Shown: positions 54,420 to 64,000 of the stretch, piece by piece
Layout: every line of letters begins with the position of its first letter
How positions within the stretch are numbered: position 1 is the stretch's first letter
Assembly: GCF_009834535.1 (NCBI RefSeq)
Contig: NC_045698.1
Span: 15,750,001-15,814,000, forward strand
DNA: 64,000 nucleotides
Direction: 5' to 3'
Source of the DNA: Camelus ferus
Lineage: Eukaryota
Made by a program: the position numbers and the translations under genes
The notes under the pieces: generated by a model
Seen by the model: only the letters and a program-made list of their open reading frames with translations
Databases searched by the model: none
Told to the model about the DNA's origin: nothing

Positions 54420-54871
54420 AAAGGAGTTGTCCCTGACTCCATGGATCCATGGACCACAGTTGGCAGTTCATGAACTTGGGTGGAAAACACTTACATCATT
54501 GTTCTCACTGATCTACAACTGAAATTTACTTCTTTCAATTAAATATTTAGGTCACAAACTTCAGCAACAGTGTCAATATCTGTGATTTTATCACTGAAAC
54601 AATTTCAGTTATTTTGACTTCATCAACATTGGTCACAAATATCTCAAAATATCATTTATACTTACTTGTAGTAATTATAGACCTGCCACTAGAATTCATT
54701 TAAAAAATACATTAATAATGACATGCATTTATTACTATGTCACGTTTCAAATATTGATAAATTCATTTCAGATGAACTTGGTTTTTAAAAAAACCCTAAG
54801 TATTTCATTTGATGAATTTGAAAACCTTCTTTTGAAAAGGGATCAGCACCCCTGAAGGTTAAGAGCCCCTA
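54420..54871. mobile_element. hAT-Charlie DNA transposon (MER119-like)
   Basis: tccatgga...catgaacttgggtggaaaacacttacatc...caactgaaattta...tagacctgccactaga...aaggttaagagcccct. Confidence 0.75.
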
Positions 54872-57309
54872 AGGAAGTATGCGATTCAAATGAAATTCGG
54901 ACAATGAGGGCCTGATCAGGATAGAAGTGTCTGGATGACGGATATTGAAGAGAAGGCACATCATAAAGAAGACTCAAGAGCTTCTCTCTCATTCTGTATC
55001 CAGTCAGTTCAGTGAAGTCAGACTAGGCATTTGAAGTCCTAATTAATTTCAAAAGACTACATCCAATCCTATTTCATGCCTAGCTCCAAAAGGACTAGTG
55101 TCTTTTTTTTTTTTCTTCTTTTCTTTTCTTTTCTTTTTTCCAGAAATTACTTACATGCAGAAACTTATCCCTTAGGATATCATGGGTACAAGTGAATGCC
55201 CTCTGAGGTATATGATGGCAGATTTTGACTTAAACTTTGATAGAAATTTGACTAAGAGATCAAGTTTCACTTCTGTGGTTGCAATACTAGATTTTGATTT
55301 CTTGATATCACAAAGAAATTTCTTCTTCCTTAACTGTGCCTTTTCTGGGTTTCTGGGATTGCTTGTGTGAGGCAAAAAGCATGTGCTGGCCTAGGCCCTG
55401 CTGGGACTCTAATCTGAGTCTGCAGTGTGCTATAGGCCTGTCACCCCACGTTGTTTATGTTGAGACATTCTGTGATTTGTGGACATTTGTCAAGGTCATG
55501 TTGCTGAAAATGACCCTCAGTTTGGGAACTGAAAACAATCTTTTCACAATAACTTTTCTCTGAATAGCTTCTGTTAGCCTCAAGTTTTCTTAGCAACCTG
55601 AGAAGCCAGCCACCAACTTCAAGGACAACAAATTAAATCAGACAAGAATTCTGGTCAGGACAGCAGAGGTATGCGAATTGGCCTCTGACAAAATGCTACA
55701 TATGAATGGGGAATCCATTCTGTAGAACATCAATCAGCAGAAGTTTAAAATGCTCAGAGAAATGTGTGAAGAAAAGAAAATCAGAAATAGGAGAAACACG
55801 GGCTACTTTGTAAGTGGAAATTATAATGACTGATCCTAACCCAAACACTTTTCTTACCAATTAGTACAGAAATCAGGACCTTTGAAAATCTCAAATAATT
55901 AGTTAAGATGCAATTTTGTCACATTTTAACAATCTAGTTATAATTTCCTCAACTACTAGCCTTGTTATAATTACAATTCAACTTTCTCTTTAAAGTGCCA
56001 AGTTCTTTTCTCTCATTTTTAGTTTTCTTATTTAGAAACAGAATTGGTAGTGAGACTATCCTCTTTGGCTGGACTATCTTGACAATAATCAATTAATTCA
56101 CTGAAATCTATTCATTTTAAGGGATATTAGCTGTAGATGAGAAGACATGGTTTCTCTTTTCTAGGAACTCCAATCAATTGGAAAAGAGTGACATGAAAAC
56201 AACTTGTATAATACAAGTTGGCAAAACATGTACTAAAATAGAAATTAACTCAATTGGGATCATCCTTACTCTGGACAACAGCCTTCACTTAAAAGAAGGG
56301 TTTCTTATCCTCAAGGAATTCTGAGATAGTATGGGAGGTAAGACATAATTATGTATAAAACCAAATAAACATTTATGAAGCAAAATAATATACACACAAA
56401 CACAATTGGTGCAACTAAAGATTGAAGAGCTTAAAAACAGGGCCGCATAAAAGTCCCCTTAGTCACCACGCTGAGTTAACAGTGGAGGCCAAGTCAGTGA
56501 ATCATGAGCCGTGTTAATGTATCATTACACCTCATGTTAAACATAACGCCTGAGCTACCTAACTGGCATAATGCTCTCCGTGCTTTCTCGCCTTTTAATT
56601 AAACATAGAATCTCATATTTGCAGTTTCATTTTGTTCTTCTTCCACAGCTGAAATATTTTGTTGCCCCTCGCAAGGCTGTGGGCACCTGTGTCTGCCATA
56701 CCCAGCGCATTAGCACCAGCTGAGGACACCAAGGGCTGGCGCGGTCATGCTGCGGCCTTTAATCCAGACTTTGAGATTTCCAAAATTCCATGGAGTTACC
56801 ACAGGGCAGGGAACTCAAGTGGACACAGCCTCACGGATGTCACATTGCGTTGGTGGAGGAATGCGTTGTTCAGTGAAATTGCCAAACCATGAAGTCTGCA
56901 AGCATTTGGGGCATCATTGAACATTTCAAAGAAAGAATAGTCACTATCTAAAAATCGAATCACTTATTGATTTCCAGCTGCAAATATTGTTAACTATAAA
57001 ATTCAGTACAGTCCACATACATATTTTTAAAATTAATGTAATTGTAAGCAGCTATTTATCTGCAAAATATTCCTATTACTGGGCTTAAATATATGTGAAG
57101 AATGAATATTTCCCAAATATGGTCCAATCTTACTTTTCTTGTAAATTAAAATTCATTTTAGGCTTTAAAACCACTGAAGAAAAAATATTTGAATGAGACT
57201 GTTTCTTTCTAAGATTATTTTACACTTAACAAGTCACGTAACGTTAGTTATAAAATATGAGTCATTCGCAATTGGAATCATTCCTTTCTTCTCCCATCTT
57301 TCATGTCTG

Positions 57310-57500
57310 GCACAGACATTTATTTCACATACACAACATGTACATCCAATATGGTGCTATGAGTTTTGTGGAAACAATGATAAACAATATACAGTTTGTG
57401 CTATCAAGGAGCTCATCTTCTTACAGTGGGAATAAACAGGTTAAAGTAACTAACACAATGTTTGAGGAACAGTTATAAATGACAATAGAGGTAGCGATGA
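57310..57500 (-). mobile_element. L2 3' fragment
   Basis: acatttatt...tgtgctatcaaggagctca...cagtgggaa. Confidence 0.5.
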
Positions 57501-58534
57501 TTTGAATGGCCTATTGTTTTTGTCTGAAGAGGGTATTGTTTTGGAAAGCTTTCATAGACTCAACTATAGATGACAGCATATTGGAAACATTCTACTACAG
57601 AATCAAATTCACTTCAGTATGAACAAGACTATCTTTTCCTGCATGCCACTAACAACTACATGTACCACTTTTTAGAATGGAGAAGTATGTAGAAGTCCTA
57701 GTGGTTCACCTTTCCTCTGGACATTTAAGGTATACATTCATTTTATTTTAGGAATCAAGTGAACATTTGAATTATGGAGTACTATTTAATCTGTGCATAG
57801 AACATATTTTTTATATTCTCTATTAATCAATGGATATTTCTAATAGGAAAACACTTGTATGCAACTTAGATAGAAGTGAAAGTTTCTTTTACATACTGAA
57901 TTGTTTCAACTCACTACATTTCCATTTACTCTGGGGGAAAAATAAAAAGGATTTCATTATCTGAAAGAGCCATTACAATTTTTTCCTTTTGTCAAATGTA
58001 CTTTGGATTTCGGTGAATCATATTTTAGACTACCTGGGATACATGCAGTGTAAACCATGTCTATCGCTGTTGCACATTTTCCTTTCTAAATTATGTAATT
58101 TTAAAAAACTCACCAGTTATGTACATTTCTGCAATTTTTCCACTGAAAATGAGATACTTGTAGTTAGGAAATTTTAGTCAGTTTAACTCATTGCCCATCA
58201 TCTCCTCCAGTGTTTCTAAAGCTGCTTTGTGCTGTGGTATGTCTTATCACTGCTAATGCATAATGATTATGTTTGTGTTTGTGAGAAAGAAAGGAGAGAT
58301 TGACAAAGCAATAAAGGAGGAAAATCTATTATTCTTGGAGAAATTAGTTGAATAATTTCATTCTACTGATTGACTGATTATAAGCAATCTGTTTGAATAC
58401 CTCAGCACTCTGAAGTCTATTTTGAGTGTTGGGCAATGGGCCATGACTTCTGGAATTCAACATGATTAGGTGAAAACTGAAACATTTGTACATTGGCTAT
58501 TTGATCTACATAATTATGAAATGGGATTTCTTTG

Positions 58535-59090
58535 CTGCAGACCAATACAGACATTCTTATTTCAAATCTTTTAATATCATTGACTAATATCTTGTTTCAG
58601 ATTCTTTACGCAGCCTGCCAAATAGTTATCCTCTTTTTTTTTTTCCCTGAGGGACCTCAGGTATATTAAAAAAAATACATACTTCTGGAAGGTCCATCAA
58701 GTGATTCAAGCTAGAATGTACTTGTGTCAATCTCCAGGGGAAATTCTGATTGATACTGACCAATCTTAAGAGGTCCCTATTTATAACTCTAACCAATGGC
58801 TGACCAACAGACAGATGGAGATTTTTGTCTAAGGTTACCTTGCTCTTTAAAAGAAGGCTACAAAAAAAGAAGCCTTTTTATTCTCTAAGTGTTGCTAAGT
58901 CCACCTTGATGAAGAGATCAAAATATGGAAGAAGATAAAAGGAAGAAAACAAAAGCCAGAAAACCAAGAATAGAGTTGGAGCCTAGAGGTAGACTTACTG
59001 TAGTCTTTTGTGTGTGAGAAAAGCAAAATTCTTTACTTTCAAGTAGCATTTATTTTGGTTCTTGCAGTTTTAGGCTTCCTAACCATTACA
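58535..59090 (+). mobile_element. Decayed old MaLR-like LTR
   Basis: 3' part tgtgtgagaaaagcaaaattcttt...ttttggttcttgcag...ttcctaaccattaca resembles old MLT1 ends. Confidence 0.35.
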
Positions 59091-60084
59091 CATAAACTTC
59101 ATGCTTATATGAGATCAGTTCAACACTTTCTAGGACCATCTAAGAAAGTGGACTAATCAATCCTCAGTCACTCACTGGGAATGAGTAACATGTATGGGAT
59201 AGGTAGGGGGTGTGTAAAGGGTGTGAGAGGGGCATGAGGGAAAGTCTGTTAGTAGCATAAACACTGCCTTAAACATGCCAATGGTTATTCAGAATAAATC
59301 CAATTATTGCTTAGAATAAAGGTTTCTAAGCAACTTTTTTCTATCTACTTCTCTCTCTCTCTCACTATCTCTTTATTTCTTTCTCTTTCTCACACACATT
59401 TGCATATATATATGCATGTATCTATATTGATTATGTGAATATGAATTTACACATAACCTTTTGAACACAATGTTTAGAGGCTAAGCATTACCTGAGGGAT
59501 AGTTTTGCAATATTATTTGCTAGAACTGCATGAAATAGAGAAATCGCAGTTTTAATTTGGATTAGTAAATCAAAGGAAAAAGAAAAAAAATCCAACTCTG
59601 ATGAGTACAGCAAGGTTGCCCATTTAGTTAGAAAGCTTTTTATAATTCTAGTCCAAATTACAAAGGAAATAAAAAGACCTATTGCATCTAACTTAAAGAG
59701 GATGAAACTCGATATTTACTCCTGATTTTACTTCAGGAAAAAAAATATTACTCATCATAAGATGTTAAGTTAGAAGCAACAACCGATTTCAATTATTCAA
59801 ACTGTACATTGTGTATTGCATTTATTTTTAAAATTATCTTTTATTATCTGCAGAACAAATATGGTGGTACTATTTGTTAAGTAGAATTAACTGGTTTTTA
59901 AAAAAATAACTATTTTTCAGGAAAATGATACCTTTTAATTATTGAGCATCTCATATAATATCCTGTGTTTTTGATTACTGAGTATCTCATGCATCACACT
60001 GCATATTATATTAGGTGTAATCTTTTTTATAATCGCTTTATGATGGGGCCAGTGAGTGTACACATACATGTATTGGACAGATTG

Positions 60085-60330
60085 GTTACTGGAATGGTTG
60101 AGAGCATGGACACTGGAGAGTCCTGCCTGGACTCAATCCTGGCTCTCCCACTTACCTGCTTTGTGACCTCGGGCAAGTTTGCTAACCTGCCTTTGTCTCA
60201 GCATTCTCATCTGTGAATTGGGAGCAGTAATAGCATCTCCCATGCAAGATGGCTGACACTATGTGATGATTAAAAACATGCTGACACTGCTTGGCAAAGA
60301 GTAAGTGTTCAATAATACTATTATTTTAGC
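60085..60330 (+). mobile_element. MIR SINE, near full length
   Basis: tggttgagagcatggacactggag...ctgcctgg...aatcctggctct...cacttac...tgtgacctcgggcaagtt...ctcatctgtgaa...gtaagtgttcaataa. Confidence 0.85.
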
Positions 60331-61269
60331 TTTTGTTTTAATTGGTATTGTTATTACTTGGTTAAAAATAAAACTGTTTTAGGAAAATACAAACACAACT
60401 ATTTTCTTTGTGTAATTCAGTTCCTTTCATTCTTCAAAATACCTAACATAGAATACGTCACTGATATCTGTATCAGTATCTGTATCTACCCTCTCCCCAC
60501 TTTTTTAGGCTACTTACACTCATTTTAAAGTAATTTTATTCATGTGTTATTGCATCTATTTAACCTGGTTGTTTGCACCCTAAGTAGGTTTTCTCCCTAG
60601 ACATGAGGTATCTATTTACCTTCAGTTAAAATGTATTTTCCTCATATTACCCATATTAGAGCAATATACTTCATGTTCAAGCTAATATAAAACTAGCCAT
60701 GAAGAACAAATTGGAATTCAATACCTTGGCTTTAGATTGGGGCAAGGCAGTCAGTTAGCTGATGACATTTGAAACTTCAGACAAAGTCTCCACTCTTCCT
60801 CTGAAATGACACTCTGCTTACAGAATCTTATGAGATGAATCACACATCTCTGTATGGCATGAATAATTTATATTTTTATATTAAGTCAAAAGTAAAAAGG
60901 CGCCAAATATGTTCAATGGAAATAGTTTAAAAACACTGAAGTTTGTACCACATAAATGTCTAGCACAAGCCTGAGACCAGTTTTAATTTTCATTTAAAAA
61001 ACAAATCACCATCATCAGGACACAAGCATTTCCTGGAAGGATACTTCAAATTATAAAACTGTGATTGGTCCTACTTATTTCAGTATGGATAATTGCATAC
61101 ATATTCATATCTTTTAAAGTAGTTTTTCTTTAATTCTATGTCATCTGACATCATTTACATAAAGGTATCTTCTAAATTAAAGCCATCTGTGGGAAAGGCC
61201 ATAAATCTGGAATTCTGCTCATTGTTTAAATGTCTTCTTATCTGTCTTTTCCTACATCTCACTTTACTC

Positions 61270-61335
61270 ATTAACAACCTGACATTTTCAGTATAAAAAT
61301 TATTAACAACCTGACATTTTCAGGATAAAAACTAT
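61270..61335. repeat. 32-bp tandem duplication with 2 mismatches
   Basis: attaacaacctgacattttcag(t/g)ataaaaa(t/c)t twice. Confidence 0.95.
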
Positions 61336-62170
61336 AGCATGAGAAGTTCTCTTTCCACTGAATATGTATCTTCCCATTCCAGTTACTAAAATTTAAAGAA
61401 ATGTTATAGATTGGCTTCAAGTATATTTCATGTCTGATAACATAAGCTTGAAAAATAATTTAATTTCATTTCAACTTTATTTCTTCTCTGCTGTATGAAT
61501 GGTACATTCTTTATCCTGGGAATGTAAATTTGTTGTCATATTTTTCCTTAATAAGTGGAAATTACTTTTAGAGTCAAAATCAGGTTTTCAGTTTGAGAAA
61601 AAAACTCATATTTTTAATTAACTAGAAGGTGTTGTTGTGACTTCTACTAGTAGCTTCTTTAATTCAAAGGCAATCAGTATATTGGATAACATATGAAAAG
61701 TATTGGAAAAATTAAAGGAGCAAATTATGATATGAAACATCTGTTTTTCCCCCAATACTATTCAAGTTGACTGTAGAAAATAAACAAAACAACATTAAAC
61801 AACTGACAGGAGAAAGAAAGGAAAGAGAAATCAGACTTGAGGCACCAAGGAAGACAAAGCTGGTACAGATAGTCTAAATCTTGCTAAAAACACTTGGAAC
61901 ATGCTAGATAAAATATAACATTGACAATTGTAGACATAGCCAAATACAGAAGACAGAAAAGTGCCCTGGTAGTAGAAAGAAGAAGAAAAATCACACTCAG
62001 CCCAGGGTGACTTCAGACGCCAGTCTCTAGGGACGGGATGTTCAGTTCACACACCTATGTGTGGTCTGAGGAGCAGTCTGAAGTTTTGCTCACTGAGCAT
62101 CAGGAACAAGCTGATGTATTTGAAGTATTTCCTCCTACTTCCCAACGCCCAGTAGTTGTACTGTGGCGCT

Positions 62171-62507
62171 TGTGAAAATAAAGGAAACTTTATTCAAAAT
62201 GGAGTTGGCAAGCTCTCACATATGCATCGCTCACCCTACTTAGTGATCCCAGCAGAAAGAAAGATTTCCTTCTGACCCATCAACAAGCTGCCCAAAGCCT
62301 GCAGCCACCTGCAGCCAATGAAGAATCACCTCAGTGATACTGATTTCCTCCAAAAACTTAATAAAGGCTGACCTTCCCTTTGTCTCCTCGGACCTGCCTA
62401 TAGTTCACTACAGCTGGCATGTCCCAAATTGCAATTTCTCTGCTCCTCCCAGGTAAACTAATTTTGCTGGGGAAATACCTAGCTCTTTTGTTTTTGTAAG
62501 GTCAACA
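62171..62507 (+). mobile_element. ERV1-class solo LTR (MER34-like), 337 bp
   Basis: TG...CA termini; caaaatggagt near the 5' end; CCAAT; 3' end taaactaattttgctgg...aaggtcaaca. 4-bp TSD cgct/tgct with one CpG-type change. Confidence 0.8.
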
Positions 62508-62679
62508 TGCTGAATTTGTATTAATTTTATTTGGTTTAAGTGAACTGAAATTATGATTGAGTGTTTTAGAACTTATTTAGATGATTCTCTCGCTTAACGG
62601 GTTTGATATTTTTTTCAATGTGTTTATCTTAAACTTTGAAATAAAACGTACTTTTATGTTCTGAATCATTTTGTATTAC

Positions 62680-63086
62680 TGTTTTAGATTGAATTGTGCC
62701 CCTCTTCCCCTAAATTCATATGTTGAAGCCCTAAACCCCAGTACCTCTGGATGTGATCATACTTGGAGATGGGGTGCTGAAAGAGGTAATTAACTTAAAA
62801 TGAGATCCTTGGGGTGGGCCATAATTCAATGTGATTGGTGTCTTTGTATGAAGAGGAAATTCGGGTTTGCACAGAGATACAGGAATGCACATACAGAGAA
62901 AATACCATGTGAACGCACAGCAAGATGGCAGCCACCTGCAAGCCAAGGAGAGAGGTCTCAGAAGAAACAAAACCTGCCCACACCTTGACATTGGACTTCT
63001 AGCCTCCAGAATAGTGAGAAAAAATTTTGTTTAAGCCGCCCAGTCTGTGTTTTTTTTTGTTATGGAAGCTCTAGCAAACTAATATA
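62680..63086 (+). mobile_element. MaLR solo LTR (MLT1B-like)
   Basis: aaattcatatgttgaagccctaaacccc...caagccaaggagagagg...ttggacttctagcctccagaa...ctagcaaactaatata. 5-bp TSD attac/attat. Confidence 0.9.
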
Positions 63087-64000
63087 ATTATCTAAATGAA
63101 ACTGGAGAAATTATTCATAATGAAGCCATGTCTAGATGACTTGACTTTTAAATTTGTTTATGGTGTTCTCTTGCATTGAGGAATTTATAATTTAAATCTT
63201 CATTCTACATCATTCTTTTAATGTGTCCAAATGTATCTCTCTTTTTCCCTTTTCACTTAGAGTTTAAACTTCCTGCTGTTTTAAGAATTCCTCCCTATAG
63301 CAAAGCTGTAAAGAACAGTCTGGGTAAACTTCTGAGTTTCTGCCTTGAAAACATCCTTACCCTCACTGAAACTCTTCTTATCAAAAATTAGAAAAAAGTA
63401 CTCTGAATTTTACAAAGAAAATGCGTATTTTTTAACAATTGACTACGTGGTTCAAGTCTATGTTACCTGAATTTTTATAGACTACAAAATATTTTTACAT
63501 TTCTCATGTCACGTGAACATCTCAAGCAGTCAATGAAGTCAGTGGTGATCTGCTTCCTTATGTAGGATGATACATATAATATCCCTTATAGTTCTGGAAG
63601 CTGTATATGTACAATCTCACTAACTAAGCTTTAGCATCACTACGATGCAGCTTGTATATTTGTACTTGATCAATGGAGATTTCTAGCACTTTTTCTCTGC
63701 ATTTACTGCCCCAAAAAGAAGTTGCATGGATAGAATTAATCGTATACCTTCACTTCTCAGGTTGTGCCAGGAAAGTCTCCAAAATGCATTGCCTTACTTT
63801 GGTTTTTATGAGCAACATGGGAAGACTGATTAGCTTGTTTCCTCATCCCTGCTTTACCTACTCTTAAATCTTCCTTCCACTCAAAATCAGAACTTAAAGG
63901 TGAGGCAATAGGAATCTATTTCAGTGAAGCCTTCTGTTTTTCTTGATTTAAGCTGCACAAAATCATAGCACTAAAGTGGAATAATAAGAAATATGCATCA

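Noticed and set aside
55101..55143. Long pyrimidine tract ending in CAG
   Set aside because: Looks like a T/(TTTTC)n simple repeat; no convincing exon follows.
61270..61335. 32-bp direct repeat considered as CRISPR-like
   Set aside because: Two abutting copies without spacers in mammalian DNA; a simple tandem duplication.

Overview
AT-rich, CpG-depleted eutherian genomic DNA. No intact protein-coding gene, RNA gene or prokaryotic-type system is supported. The repeat content is ancient MIR/L2, MER DNA transposons, MaLR/ERVL/ERV1 solo LTRs and several generations of L1, with no young SINE that I can recognise. That pattern and the young L1 3' UTRs suggest a camelid-type cetartiodactyl (inference). 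The main non-repeat structure is the probable 5' end of a minus-strand gene at about 11.3-13.5 kb: a small CpG-island-like core with a cluster of MYB-type TAACGG sites, a well-formed 147-nt non-coding exon (11545-11691), and a second GC-box/ETS/CCAAT promoter-like module near 13.4 kb. Upstream lie several CpG-retaining, E-box-rich enhancer candidates (18.6, 33.3 and 56.6 kb). The only real protein homology is a 4.2-kb 5'-truncated L1 with a target-site duplication (35854-40090) carrying a full-span but disabled ORF2. I found no evidence for a novel biological system. Repeat family names are from recognition of consensus-like sequence, not a database search, and boundaries of old repeats are approximate.
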